A stretch of DNA of 64,000 bases, taken from assembly GCF_009914755.1 (NCBI RefSeq), contig NC_060927.1; one strand, written 5' to 3'. Both the position numbers and the translations under genes were made by a program. Position 1 is the stretch's first letter. Each line of letters begins with the position of its first letter. The notes beneath the pieces are model-generated. The model saw only the letters and a program-made list of their open reading frames with translations. It did no database searches and was not told the DNA's origin. Origin of the DNA: the human T2T-CHM13v2.0 reference genome, Homo sapiens. This document shows positions 1 through 13,124 of the stretch, one piece after another.

Positions 1-1125
1 GTGTCTTTTTTCTTCTTAGGCTGGCTAAAGATTTGTCAATTTTGTTTATCTTTTCAAAAAACCAACTTTTTGTTTTACTGATCTTTTATATTGGTTTCTT
101 AATTTCAAATTCATTTATTTCTGCTCTGATCGTTATTATTTCTTTTCTTATACTAATTTTGGGTTTGGTTTTCTCTTGCTCTTTTAGTTCTTTAAGATGC
201 ATTGTTATTTGATGTTTTTCTGCTTTTTTGATGTAGGCAGTTATTGCTACTAACTTACCTCTTAGTAGTGTTTTTGCTATATTCCATAGGTTTTGGTATG
301 TGCTGTTTCCATTTTCATTTGGTTCAAGAAAGCTTTTAATTTCCTTCTTAATTTTGTCATTGACCCACTAGTCATTCAGGAGCATATTGTTTAATTCCAT
401 GCGTTTGTATAATTTCCAAAGCTCCTCTCGTTATTAATTTCTAGTTTTATTCAATTGTAGTCAGAGAAGGTACTTGATATAATTTCCATTAAAAAAAATT
501 TAAGACTTGATTTGTGGCCTAACATATGATCCATCCTTGACAATGATCCATGTGCTGAGGAGAAGAGTATGTATTCTGCAGCCATTGGATGAAATGTTCG
601 GTAGTTATCTATTAGATCCATTTGGTCCATAGTACAAATTAAGTATGACATTTCTTTGTTGATCTTCTGTTGGCATGATCTGTCCAAGTGGGATGTTGAA
701 GTCTCCAGCTATTATGGTATTTGGGTCTGTCTCTCTCTTTGGCTTGAATACTTGCTTTACATATCTGAATGTTTCAGTGTTGGGTTATACATGGATTTAT
801 AATTGTTAAATCCTCTTGCTGAATTGACTGTTTTATCATTATATAATTTCGTTATCTCTTTTTATAGTTTTTGTCTTGAAATTAATTTCATCTGATATAA
901 GTATAGCTACTCCTTCCCTTTTTTTTGGTTTCCATTAGCATGGAATATCTTTTTCCATACCTTTATTTTCAGTCTATGTGTGTCTTTTTAGGTAAAGTGT
1001 GTTTCTCGTAGCCATCAGATTGTTGGATTTTTAAAAACCCATTTAGCCTTTTGTCATTTGATTAGAGAGTTACTCTATTTACATTCAATGTTATTATTGA
1101 TAAGTAAGGACTTACTCTTGCCTCC
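1..1125 (-). pseudogene. Degenerate L1 ORF2 (APE endonuclease domain)
   Basis: ORF track 451..687 and the end of 1062..1325 match L1 EN motifs; stops and frameshifts present. Confidence 0.88.
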
Positions 1126-1161
1126 TTGTTATTTGGTTTCTGGTTGTTTTTTGGTATTCTA

Positions 1162-1263
1162 TTCCTTCCTTCCTTCCTTCCTTCCTTCCTTCCTTCCTTC
1201 CTTCCTTCCTTCCTTCCTTCTTTCCTGCCTACCTGCCTTCCTGCCTTACGTTTTTCTTCCTTC
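1162..1263. repeat. (TTCC)n microsatellite in the L1 inter-ORF region
   Basis: Visible TTCC array that degenerates towards its 3' end. Confidence 0.95.
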
Positions 1264-1729
1264 CTATCTTTTTTAGTGTGAAGTGATTTTTTTCTGGTGG
1301 TATGACTTAATTTCTTGCTTTTCATTTTTTTGTGGTCTGCTGAAAGTTTTCTGATTTTAGGTTACCCTGAGGTTTGCAAATAACATCTTGCTACCCATTA
1401 TTTTAAACTGATGAAAACTTAACTCTAATTAGAAAACCAACCAACCAAACAAACAAAGAAACAAGCAAAGCCAAAGCTAATAAACGCTCTACACTTTAAC
1501 TTCATCTCCCCTACTTTTTAACTTTTTGCTATTTCTATTTCTATCTTATTACACTGTTACGTCTTAAGAAGCTGTTATAATTATCATTTTTGATAGGTTT
1601 GTCTTTTTGTCTTCCTACTCATGATATGGGTAGTTTATATACCACAATTATAGTGTTATAACATTCTGTATTTGTCTGTATACTTAGTATTATTAGTTAG
1701 TTTTGTACCTTCAGTTGATTTTTTTATTA

Positions 1730-2635
1730 CTCATTAATGTTCTTTTCTTTCAGATTGAAAAACTCGCTTTAGCCTTTCTTGTAGAACAGGCCTGGTGTTG
1801 ACAAAATCCCTCAGCTTTTGTTTATCTGGGAAAGTCTTTATTTCTCCTTTATCTTTGAAGGATATTTTTGCCAGGTATGATATTCTAGGATAATTTTTTT
1901 TTTCCTCCAGCACTTTAAAATACATAATGACCCTCTTTCTTCGCCTGAAAGATTTTCACTGAGAAGTCAGCTGCCACATGTATTGAAGCTCCTTTATATG
2001 TTATTTATTTCTTTTTTCTTGCTGTTTTTAGGATGCTTTCTTTATCCTTGACCTTTGGGAGTTTGATTATTAAGTGTCTTATTTGGGCTTAATCTGTTTG
2101 GTGTTCTATAACCTTCTTGTATTTGAATATTGATATATTTCTCTAGGTTTGGAAAGTTCTCTATGATTATCTCTGAATAATCATTCTACTTTAATCTCTC
2201 CCTCTACCTCCTCTTTAAGGCCAATTACTCTTAGATTTGCTCTTTTGAGGCTGTTTTCTAAATCTTTTAGGCACACTTTATTCTTTTTAATTCTTTTTTC
2301 TTTTGTCTCCTCTGACTGTGTATTTTCAAATAGTCTCTCTTCAAACTCAGTAATTCTTTCTTTTGCTTGATCAGCTCTAATGAGACTCTGATGCATTCTT
2401 CAATTGGCCAAGTGAATTTTTCAGCTCCAGAATTTCTGCTTGATTTTTAAAAATTATTTCAATCTCTTCTTAAAATTTATTTTATAGAGTTCTGCATTTC
2501 TTTTCTGTGTTATCTTGAATTTTCTTGGAGCTTCCTTGAAACCACTACTTTGAATCCTCTGTCTGAAAGTTCACATGTCTCTGTCACTCAAGGATTGGTC
2601 ACTAGTTCCTTATTTGGTGCATTTGGTGAAGTCAT
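1730..2635 (-). pseudogene. Degenerate L1 ORF1
   Basis: ORFs 2181..2396 (coiled-coil/RRM start) and 1734..1925 (CTD) match L1 ORF1p. Confidence 0.88.
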
Positions 2636-2978
2636 GTTTTCCTAGCTGATCTTGATTCTTATGGATGTTCATTAATGTTAGGGCTTGAGGAGTTAGGTAT
2701 TTATTTTCATCTTCACAGTTTGGGCTTGTTTATACCCATCCTTCTTGAGAAGGCTTTCCAAGTATTCAAAGGGAAGTGAGTGTTGTGATCTAAGTCTTAA
2801 GACTTTGGTCACTGCAGCCATATTTGCATTAGGGGGCCCTCAAGCCTAGTGACACTGTGACTCTTGCAGACTCATAGGTGTAATGCATTGTTGGTCCCAC
2901 TAAGATCCAGGAGAATTCCTTGGATTACCAGGCAGAGTCTCTTCTCCTCTTTCCTTACTTTCCACCAAACAAATAAAG

Positions 2979-2983
2979 TCTCT

Positions 2984-3022
<39 letters not shown>
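2979..3022. repeat. (TC)n(TG)n microsatellite in the L1 5' region
   Basis: Directly visible. Confidence 0.95.
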
Positions 3023-3024
<2 letters not shown>

Positions 3025-4097
3025 GAGCTGCCTAGAATTGGGGGAAGGGTGACACAAGCACTCATGTGACCACCACCACTGGGAATGTGCTGGGTCACAC
3101 TTGAAGCCAGCATGGTACTGGGTCTTGCTTAAGGCCTGTGGTGACTATTGCCTGGCTACTGCTGTTGTTTATTCAAGGCCCAAGGACTCCTTGGTCAGCA
3201 GGTAGTGAATCTTGTCAGGCCTGGATCTTTCCTTTCTGGGAAATGGGTTCTCTTCTGGCCCAGAGTGGGTCTAGAACTGCCATGTGAAAGCTTAGGCCTG
3301 GAATCATGGATTTTATGAGTCTGCTTGGTGCTTTATTTTACTGTGGCTGAGCTGGTACCCAAGTTGCAAGACAAAATCCTTTTTACTTTTCCATTTCCTT
3401 TTCCCAAGCAGAAGGAGTCTCTCCACAAGTTACAAGCTGCCCTCTCTGCAGTTGGAGAAAGGGTGATACAAGCACTTCTTGGTGGCCCCAGCTGGTGTCT
3501 CACTGGGTTGTGTGCACCGCAAGTCCATTGGCCCTAGCACAGCCTTCCACAGCACCAGGCCTTATTTACCCAGGAATTGCAGTCCTTGTGGTCTAGACTG
3601 CCTTTCAAATTTATTTAGGACTCCAGAGCCCTTTAGCCCACAGTGATGGGGCTAGCCAGAATTCAAGTTCTGAACTTGGGGATGGATGATTCCCTTCTGG
3701 CTAGGGCTGGTCTAAATACTCCCTTCACACGTGCTGGCTGAATTCCGCCCTGTGTTGCTTTCCAGTATGACAGAGCAGCACTGACTTCCAATGTAGAGTA
3801 CCACAATCATTTTGCTATCCTTCCCCAAGCACACAGATTCTCTCTCCATGCTGCACGATGCTGCAGGGGGTGAGGATGGGGTGGGGAGGGGCAGTGTAGA
3901 TAATTCAGGACTGTCTTTTGTACCCTCTATGTGCCTCTTTGCTTGCTATGATATCAAAGCCAGGTACTGTGATTGCTCACCTGATGTGTGGTTCTTATGA
4001 ATGTAATTTCTTGTGTGGATAATTGTTCATTTTGGTGTTCCTGCAAGGAGGATGATCATTGGAGGGTTCTCTTCATCCATCTTGTTTCACCACCTCA

Positions 4098-5625
4098 TCG
4101 ATGTTCTTAATGGTATCTAGAATGGTGAATTCTTTTCAGAAGGTTTTCAGTTTACTTTGCCAAGATCCATCAGATGAATTACTATCTATGGTACTTATAG
4201 CTTTACAAGTTGTATTTCTTAAATAAGACTTGAAAGTCAAAATTATTCCTTAATCCATGGGCTACAGAACGGTTGTTGTGTTAGTAGACATGAAAAGAAC
4301 ATTAATCTTGTACATTTCCATCAAGGATCTTGGGTGACTAGGTGCATTGTCACTGTGCATTAGTATTTTGAACGGAATCTCTTTTTTTTGAGCAGTAGGT
4401 CTCGACGGTGGGCTTAATGTGTTCGGTAAACCACATTGTAAACAGCTGTGCTGCCATTCAAGTTTTGTTTCATTTATAGAGCACAGGTAGAGTAGGTTTA
4501 GCATATTTGTTAAGGGCCTTTGGATTTTCAGAATGGTCAGTGAGCAATGGGCTCAACTTGAAGTCACCAGCTGCATTACCCCCTATCAAAAGAGTCAGTC
4601 TGCCCTTCTGAGCTTTGAAGCCAGGCGTTGACTTCTATGAGCTATGAAAGTCCTATATGGCATCTTCTTTGAATATAAGGCTGTTTTTATGGACACTGAA
4701 AACCTGTTGTTTTGTGTAGCCATGTTCATCGATAATATTAACTAGATCTTCTTGATAACTTGCTACAGCTTCTACATCAGCAATTCCTGCTTCACCTTCC
4801 ATTTTTACATTATGGAGACAACTGCTTTTTTAAACCTCCTGAACCAACCTCTGCTAGCTTCAAACTTTTCTTCTGTAGCTTTCTCACCTCTACCAGCCTT
4901 CATAGAATTGAAGAGAGTTAGGGCCTTCCTCTGGATTGGGTTTTGGCTTAAGAGAATGTTGTAGCTCTATCCAGACCACTCAAACCTTCTTTATATCAGC
5001 AATAAGGCTGTTTTGTTTTCTTATCATTCATGTGTTCACTGCAGTGGTACTTTTAATTTCCTTCAAGAACTTTTTCTTTGCACTGGTATCTTGGCTAACT
5101 GGTGAAAGAGGCCTATCTTGGCTCTCAACATGCCTTTTTCACTAAGCTTAATCATTTCTAGCTCTTGATTTAAAGTGAGAGATGTGTGACTCTTCCTTTC
5201 ACTTGAATAGTTAGAGGCCATTGTAGGGTCATTAACTGGCCTCCTTTCAATATTGTTGTCTCAGGAAATAGGGAAGCCTGAAGAGAGGGAGAGAGATGGG
5301 GCAATGGCCAGTTGCTGGAGCAGTCAGAACACACACAACATTTATCAATTAAGTTTGCCATCTTATGTTGGGCAGTTTGTGGTGCCTAAAACAATTACAA
5401 TAATAACGTCAAATATCACTGATCACAAATCATTATATCAGATATGGTAATAATAGAAAAGTTTGAAATATTGAGAGAGTTACCAAAATGTGACACAGAG
5501 ATCTGAAGTGAGCACATGCTGTTAGAAAAATGTCACTGATAGATTTGCTCGACTCAGGGTGTCCACAAACCTTCAATTTGTAAAAAATGCAGTATCTGTG
5601 AAATGTAATAAAATGAGGTCTCCTA
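4098..5625 (-). mobile_element. Tigger1 (TcMar-Tigger) DNA transposon, 5' ~1.5 kb; interrupted by the L1
   Basis: Reverse complement matches Tigger1 (ATGGCCTCTAA...CAAGTGAAAGGAAGAGTC). A DDE fragment (FKILMHSDNAPSHP) is in ORF 4262..4504. It is homologous to the plus-strand copy at 37288. Confidence 0.92.
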
Positions 5626-6554
5626 TATCATGATAGGCATATAAGAAAGCAACAGGGCCTACTTATCACTTGTACCAAATTGGGTAATCCCAATTCAGCT
5701 TTATCTGATGCCTGCATGTAGCATGTTGAGCATTAGTATAAGTAAAAATAAAATAGTAGGTTGCTTCTTACTTAGTTTCTATTCTTCAGGTAAAAATCTT
5801 CCTTGGAGAATCCGGCCCCACAGTCTGTCATAATAAAATCCTACATGGAAGCCAATATCAATTAATTGAAATTAGCATGGAGGCACAATCTATTTTCCAC
5901 ACTTGCTCTGCAGCCATTCTGCCTGGAAGCATATGTGCTCATTACCGTTATGTTGAACATATTAGCCATGTATTTATCTCATGCATCTGTGGGCTTTCTA
6001 CTGGCGCTGCTTTGAAGCTGTGGGAGGTCACCACAGAACATCATTAAACCACTGGGGAGGAAAGACTCAGTAGGAAAATTCAAATAGCAAGAAAAAGGTC
6101 ATGAATCACAAAAAATTCAAAGGGAAACATGCTTTGAATTCACTAGAAGTTTCTTGAAACATTCTTAGTTGTATGTAGGGGAATATCTTTGGAATGAATC
6201 AGTCATCGTTTCTTCCTCAGTACCATAGAAAGTTGTATAAAACAGAGAGTCTTCTTAGAAACCAGTCAAAGAAGCTTGGCTTAATTTTCTTGATCTGGAA
6301 ATGCAAGCACATCAGCAAGGATGTAAAAAAGTACTGAGAAACGAATCACTTGCTTTTGGATGAGGCAGCTATGATTTTCATTGAATCTGGGAGAAAACAC
6401 TAGCTTTTTATTACCTTAAATACAAATATTCTTGAACTTCAGCAGTCTTAGTATTCAGCTACCAGGTGTTTTGTGCTATTACGTCAGAGTTACTGAAGAG
6501 AGATGTGCCTTCTCTTCTGACACTGGTTTATAAATGGCTGATACACACTTTAAT

Positions 6555-6745
6555 CAGTTGCTCAAACTGTGGTTCGTCAATTACCGGTAGCAGGATCATC
6601 ACCTGGAGTACTCGTTAAGAATGCAGATACCTGCTTGTCGCCCCAGACTTCCTGAATAAAAATATCAATGTGGGATGCAATGCATGAAAATCTGAAATTT
6701 GTAACAAGCATAATTGATAGTAATATTGAGAACAAGTGTTTAGAC
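6555..6745. mobile_element. MER5A-like hAT-Charlie MITE
   Basis: Contains the cagttgctcaaactgtgg...atcacctggag...aatgcaga...ccccagac motif set. Confidence 0.7.
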
Positions 6746-7225
6746 CTGTGCCTAAACTTCACCCAGTTTAGTTACACCAAATATGCTTGTCAAATCATTG
6801 GAATACAGGTTAATGTATTAGGCTTGAACTAAGAGACGTGGTGTCATAGCTCATTGGAATCTAAAGAAAATTAGTCTGAGTTTTTTCTTTCTCCTAATGT
6901 ATCCCCTTTAATTCTAGTTTCTCTAGGTTCAAAAGAAAGAGGAGTGAAGAGGAGTAAAACACACATCTATTAAAAAGCAAGAAGATTAAATAAATTGAAG
7001 CTTTTTATTTCTCTTTCTCTGCCTAAGGTAAGTCCAACAGTGTTTAAAAACCTAAGTTTGTGTTTTGTTGCAATGTAAAATAGGTCTCTTGTATAGCCTG
7101 CTTGTTTTAATATCAAAAAATATCCGTGTGAAGCCCCAAGCAAGCAGGGAGGGAGGGTGCAGCACAATCTGCAAAAAGATGACTATTTTACAAATTTAAG
7201 CATCTCACATACAGGCATCCATCAA

Positions 7226-7300
7226 TAAGACTGTAGTGATATCATTGCTCGCTGCAATGTTGTTATAAATATGTTGCAGTGAGCATTGCTGCAGGTCTTA
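7226..7300 (+). other. Imperfect stem-loop (pre-miRNA-like), candidate structured RNA or decayed ancient palindrome
   Basis: Stems TAAGAC/GTCTTA, TGTAGTGA/TTGCTGCA and TGCTCGCTGCAATGT/ATGTTGCAGTGAGCA surround a 10-nt loop; six G-U pairs. Confidence 0.6.
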
Positions 7301-7704
7301 AGGCTCTGTATGACTCTGTTTGGGGAGAATAAAATAGGATTTTACAACATCTGATCTCAATGCATTTTGATTCTAGTGACGCATTTGTGAGCATGACTGT
7401 CAAAGAAGCAAATAAGCATGTAGAAGGTGACTTTATGGCGGCATCCATAAAGAAAATTGAAGTGGGGGAAGTGGCAACGTTTTGGGTAATTCAGGAAAGT
7501 GAGGGAAATATATAGTTTGGATTCTGAATTATTTATTCAGGCTTTCTATGTTAATCCAATCCATCTTAGTTGTTACTCAATTTTACATTTCCTGTGTAGC
7601 TGTAGGCTGTAATATGTTCCTTTTAGTGTGATCCTAGTAGATTCACAGTCAGTGGGCTGAATGGGCTTTCCTTGTCTTCTCATTTGTATGCAATGATAAT
7701 TATG

Positions 7705-7900
7705 GTTGTAGTAAACATTTATTGAACATTTATGTGCCAATCACAGCTCTAATTACTCTACTGCTCATTCATCCTTTATAATGGCTCTATGAGGTAGATA
7801 TTAACATTTCCATTTTATAGATGAAGAAAACAAGACTCAGACGACTCAAAAAATTTGCACAACTACAAGTAGCACATCTAGAGTTCAAAATTGCTTGACT
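7705..7900 (-). mobile_element. MIR SINE
   Basis: MIR core: ctatgaggtagatatt...ccattttatagatgaagaaaacaagactcaga. Confidence 0.75.
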
Positions 7901-8529
7901 AATTTTAAGGCTCTGCTTTTTATCTGCTACACTATGCTGAGAGCTGTGAAAATGAGGTTTGATTCAAAGGCAACCTTAGTGTTGTTTTCGGTCCTCATTC
8001 TATAGCTTAATTCATAGCAAGTAGCATATAAGAAAAAACTGTGAGGATGAAACACAACGGCACCGAGTGTGGGATCTAGTTTTCTGAAAAGCCTCAGAGG
8101 AGTCAGGTATTGCAACTTGCAAAGATGTGAGGGATGAGGATTGCTCAATGGAATATGAAAGGTGGAAGAGACCTGGGCAGATTAATTTCTCCACCTTCCT
8201 CTCTCTAACAGACTGCCCCAAGATGTGATTCTTCTTTGCAGTCTTTCTGGAGAAGTTGTATGTGACAAGCAAACATATCTCCTGAGTGTCCTGTTGGTCT
8301 CGTGGCAGCTTGTTGTAAAGTGGAGAAACATCATTTCACATCACTTTTTCTTTGCCTCACTTCTCTCTCTCTTTTTTTTTTTTTTTTTTTTTTTTTATCT
8401 CACCCTCACTCTTTTGGGCTTACACCTTCCAAATAAAAGGTATGCTACCATAATGGGGTGCTCGATGGGGTGCCTCATGTAATACTTCTTAAAGTTCTGA
8501 GGCTGAAACAGTAATCAATATATGCATAG

Positions 8530-8660
8530 GCCTTGTGTGCCAGACCCATTGTGTCAGACACATTAACTCACTTACTCCTGGCAAAAAACTTAATGAAATA
8601 CTATCATTATTATCATTCCCATTTTACAGATAAGGAAATTAAAGTACAGAGATGTTAAGT
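8530..8660 (-). mobile_element. MIR SINE fragment
   Basis: cattcccattttacagataaggaaatt...cagagatgttaagt. Confidence 0.7.
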
Positions 8661-9844
8661 CCTTCTGTGGAATCCAGCATAAAAAGAGGATTTTGTACAT
8701 GGTGACTGCACATGGACACGTGAATGAATGAATGAATGAATGCAAGCTTGCTCAATGGAATAAAATGGTCGGGAAAATTTCAACTTCTAACATTCACTGG
8801 ACGCTACCACTTACATTATTCCATTTTCTGAAGAAAAATCAATCCAGCATCTAGCAAAATACATTGCACAGATTAGATAATCAACATTTACTTGTTAAAA
8901 TAATGCATACAATATTTTCTAAGCTCCATTTTTGGGGGTGAGACAACAGATACAAAATATTTTTCTAAATATTAATGGTTGCACAGACATACAAGGGATT
9001 GAATAACATGGCTCAAGGAGCTCAGACTATGAGGGAAGATACTAACTTGAAAGATACTTTGCTACACCTTTGCTTTGTTTACCTGAAATAGAGCTTAGCT
9101 GCTGAAATTCAAAGTTCCTTAGGATTATAACACCAACAACGAATAAAACAAATAAAAGATACTGCTATGAAAATCAATGTGGTATCCAGAAAAATAAATA
9201 GCCAAGAAATGAAGCATTTTTTGTGCTCTATAAATTTTTCTTAGCATCATTTGTAGTTGGTCCTTTGCCAATGGTCTTTGTTTCCTGTTTGATGTGACTG
9301 CTAGTGGTATACTGGCCCATGTTCAAGTATTGATGAGAGCTTTGAGGGACTTGAGAAGGCTTAAAGATTCAGCAAGGATTGGAAACAAATGACTGGAGAG
9401 TAAAAATGATACAAGGGTGCCAAAGCTTAACCTAAAGCTTCAGTTTTCTGATATGGTTGATGATTCCTATTTCCTTAGATATTTCTGCATTTTTTCCTTT
9501 TTTTCCCAAATTCTTCCATCTGGTTTTTAAATGAGTTGATTTTGTGTAAAAAATGGAATATCAGAACTTGGAGTAAAATTTCAGTTAAGCCCAGTTTATT
9601 TTTACCATATTATAGATGATTTCCTGAAAAGTCTTTACAGCCTTAGAGCCAAGTTTTTAAAGCCTGTCATTTTCCATTGCACTGTAATCAGGCATCTACC
9701 TGACAAACTATTTCTATACCTCTGTGTAAGGAAAGTTGTGGATGTGGTCATTTCACCTTTGGGGAACTCTTATAGACATTGTCAGATGCTAGTTGAATCT
9801 TACCATCAGTAAAGCTAGAATATCCATGTTGATTTTTAAGATCC

Positions 9845-11140
9845 AGTCAAATCCTAAGCTCCAAAGTGGTCTCCTTTGACTCCATGTCTCACATCCAGGT
9901 CATGCTGATGCAAGAAGCGGGCTCCCATGGTCTTTGGCGGCTCCACCCCTATGGCTTTGCAGAGTACAGCCCCTCTCCTGGCTGTTTTCATGGGCTGGTG
10001 TTGAGTGTCTGCAGCTTTTCCAGGTGCACAGTGAAAGCTATCAGTAGATCTACAATTCTGGGGTCTGGAGGACAGTGGTCTTCTCATAGCTCCACTAGGC
10101 AATGCCTCAGTGGGGACTCTGTGTGGGGGCTTGTACCCACATTTCCTGCCCACACTGCCCTAGCTGAGGTTGTCCATGAGGGCTCCACCCCTGTAGCACA
10201 CCTCTGTCTAGACATCAGGCATTTCCATACCTCTTCTGAAATCTAGGCAGAGGTTCCCGAAGCTCAATTCTTGACTTTATGCACCTGCAGGCCCAACACC
10301 ACATGTAAGCCACCAAGGCTTGGAGTTCGCATCCTCTGAAGCAACAGCCTGAGCTCCACATTGTCCACTTTTAACCCATGGCTGGGTTGTAGGGCACCAA
10401 GTCCTAAGACTGCACAAAGCAGCAAGGCCCTGGGCCCAGCCCACGCAACCATTTTTCCCTCCTAGGCCTCCTCACTTGTGATGGGAGGGACTGCTGTGAA
10501 GACCTCTGACGTGCCCTGGAGACATTTTCCCCATTGTCTTGGTGATTAACATTTGGTTTCTCATTATTTATACGAATTTCTGCAGCAGGGAATTTCTCCT
10601 CAGGAAATGAGTTTTTCTTTTCTATCACATCATCAGGCTGCAAATTTTCTGAACTTTTATGCTCTGCTTCCCTTTTAAACATAAGTTCCAGTTCCAAACC
10701 ATATCTTTGTGAATACATAAAGCTGAATGCTTTTAATGGCACCCAAGTCAACTCTTGGACACTTTGCTGCTTAGAAATTTCTTCCCCCAGATACCCTAAA
10801 TCATCTCTCTCAAGTTCAAAGTTCCACTGATCTCTAGGGCAGGGGAAAAATGCCACCAGTCTCTTTGCTAAAACATAGAAAGAGTCACCTTTATTTTAGT
10901 TCCCAACAAGTTCCTCATCTCCGTCTGGGACTACCTCAACCTGGACTTCATTTTCCATATCACTATCAGCATTCTGGTCAAAGCCATTCCACAAGTCTGT
11001 AGGAAGTTCCAAACTTTCCCACATCTCCCTGTCTTCTTCTGAGCCCTCCAAACAGCTCCAACTTTGCCTGTTACCCAGTTCCAAAGTTGCTTCCACATTT
11101 TCGAGTATCTTTATAGCAGCAGCCCACTCTTGGTACTAGT
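9845..11140 (-). mobile_element. THE1 (MaLR) internal sequence, 3'-truncated
   Basis: ORFs such as WNFELERDDLGYLGEEISKQQSVQ and MEATLELGNRQSWSCLEGSEEDREMWESLELP are typical of the THE1/MST internal ORF. Confidence 0.92.
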
Positions 11141-11142
11141 AA

Positions 11143-11493
11143 GCTGGTACATTCTCATGCTTCCAATAAAGACATACCCAAGACTGGGTAATTTATAAAG
11201 GAAGTAGGTTTAATGGACTCATAGTACCATATGGCTGGGGAGGCCTCACAATGATGGTGGAAGATGAAGGAAGAACAAAGGGACTTCTTACATGGTGGTG
11301 GGCCGGAGGGATTTTGCAGGGGAACACTCATTTATAAAGCTATCAGATCTCGTGAGACTTATTCACTATCGCAAGAACAGCATGAGAAAGACCCACCCAA
11401 GAACTCCCACTGGGTCCTTCCCAAGACACGTGGGAATTATGGCAGCTGCAATTCAAAATGAGATTTGGGTCTGGACATAGCCATACATTGTCA
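11143..11493 (-). mobile_element. THE1 5' LTR
   Basis: aataaagacatacccaagactgggtaatttataaag...tgagatttgggt; abuts the start of the internal sequence. Confidence 0.9.
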
Positions 11494-11524
11494 CCCACTA
11501 TGATGGTGGATTTATCTAATTTAT

Positions 11525-12538
11525 TTTTAACTTCTTATTTTAAAATAATAGAGTGACAGGAGTTGCAAAAACAGTACAGAGATTCTGCCTATGCTTCGCC
11601 CAGTTTTCCCCTATGGTTATATTTTTATATAACTATAGTATATAATCTCTACCAGGAAATTGACATTGGTACAACGTGTGTGCCTAGACCTGTGTCATTT
11701 AATTGCATGTGTAGATTCCTCAACACTGCTTCCACTGCAATTAAGATACAGATCTATTTAGGGGAATAGAAGATTAAGGTCTTCTATTCTCTTTTATAAT
11801 CATATTCAAATCCTGCCTACTGCCATCCCCTAACCCCTGGCTACCACCAGGCTCTTTTCCATCACTATAATTTTGTCATTTTGAGAATGTTATATAACCT
11901 GAACCTCAAAGTATGCAGCCTTTTGAGACTGGCTTTTTAATTCCAGCATAATACTTTTGGGACACATCCAAATTTGTTGTATTAATAGTTTACTGTTTTT
12001 TGTTGCTGATAGTGGTGTATGGTATGGATGTACCACATTTTGTTTAACCATTTAGCTATTGAGCAACATGCTGTCAGTTTTTGGCTATTGAAAATGAAGC
12101 TGTTACTAATATTTGTTACAGGTTTTTATATGGGCATACGGTTTATTTTTTCTGGATACATGTCCAGAAGTACAATTACTGGGTCCTCTAGTAAGTGTAT
12201 GCTTAGTTTTTTAAGAAACTGTCAAACTATTTTCCAGAGCAGCTGTACCATTTGGCATTCTGCCAGCAATGTATAACAGATCCACTTTCTCTGCATCCTT
12301 GCCAGCATTTTCTATTGTAAATATTTTTTATTTTACCTGTTGTAATAGAAATTTTTAACAGAATAGATCATCATTTCTTATTATGGTCTTTATGTACATT
12401 TCCCTAATGAATAGTGAAGTTGAACATCTTTTTATGTGCTTATTTGCCATCTGTATATCCTCTTTGCTAAAATGTCTCTTCATGTCCTTTGCCCATGTTC
12501 TAACGGATTTCTTCATTTTTACTGTTGAGTTTTGGGAC
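11525..12538 (-). mobile_element. Old L1 (L1MC-like) 3' end, split by the provirus
   Basis: ORF 12355..12600 contains [34 protein letters not shown] (L1 ORF2 C-terminus). The sequence resumes at 20068. Confidence 0.88.
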
Positions 12539-13012
12539 TGTTTCAACTTCCCTAATCTGCACCCGGAGTCACCCCAAAGGGGCAGCAGAAGAGTTTCCAC
12601 AAAGGAGTGCCCAAGCCTTCCAGAGATGAAGCTGGTTGAGATTCCAAAAAAGGAAGCACTGAATGCTGGGGTGATAAGTCCAAAGCATTTATTAAGGGAA
12701 CTTACAGCATGCTGCAGAAGTCCTCACTACTGACAGCAAGAGAAAAAGGGTGTTCTATCTGAGATGTCCACAGTGAGGAGTTCAGGGTATGGACTTTATA
12801 TGAGGGTTTAAAGAATTTGGCTTGGGACCACATTAATTTCTTTCAGTGATTTGAGCAACAACCTAGATACCTTTATTAGTACCTGAAAATGTTCAAGGCT
12901 CCAGTTTGCATTCAAGCCAGCTAGGAAAAACCTGCAGCTCTCTGGGTCACAGAGCTGTCAATGCACTCTGTGATCTTTGGTCAGGACATGGGAAGAAATT
13001 TGGGGGACTACA
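12539..13012 (-). repeat. 3' LTR of the provirus
   Basis: Aligns by eye along its length with 19593-20067 (shared cagcaagagaaaa, ttgagcaacaac, aatgttcaaggc, ggtcacagagc). Confidence 0.9.
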
Positions 13013-13124
13013 ATTTACACCCCTGACTGGCTCTTATTATTTCACACACCCATCTCTTCTGAGATGTTCCCTGAGCTGGCAGGAAAGGGTGGAATTGCTT
13101 GTCAGGTCCTTTTCCCTAACTTTA

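Larger units (their letters stand above)
1..4097 (-). mobile_element. LINE-1 5' portion (5'UTR, ORF1, inter-ORF, ORF2 endonuclease), old L1PB/L1MA-type; runs off the left edge
   Basis: Minus-strand translations give L1 ORF1 (MTSPNAPNKELVTNP*VTETCELSDRGFKV; LKRANLRVIGLKEE; YPRISYLAKISFKDKGEIKTFPDKQKLRDF) and ORF2 start/EN (ARVSPYLSIITLNVN; DLIDNYRTFHPMAAEYILFSSAHG). The GC-richer 5'UTR runs to about 4097. Confidence 0.93.

Noticed and set aside
1058-1325. ORFs with LPSF/GRKE repeats
   Set aside because: These are translations of the (TTCC)n microsatellite.
9854-11096. ORFs of 100-150 aa resembling a gene
   Set aside because: They are fragments of the THE1 internal ORF, not a host gene.
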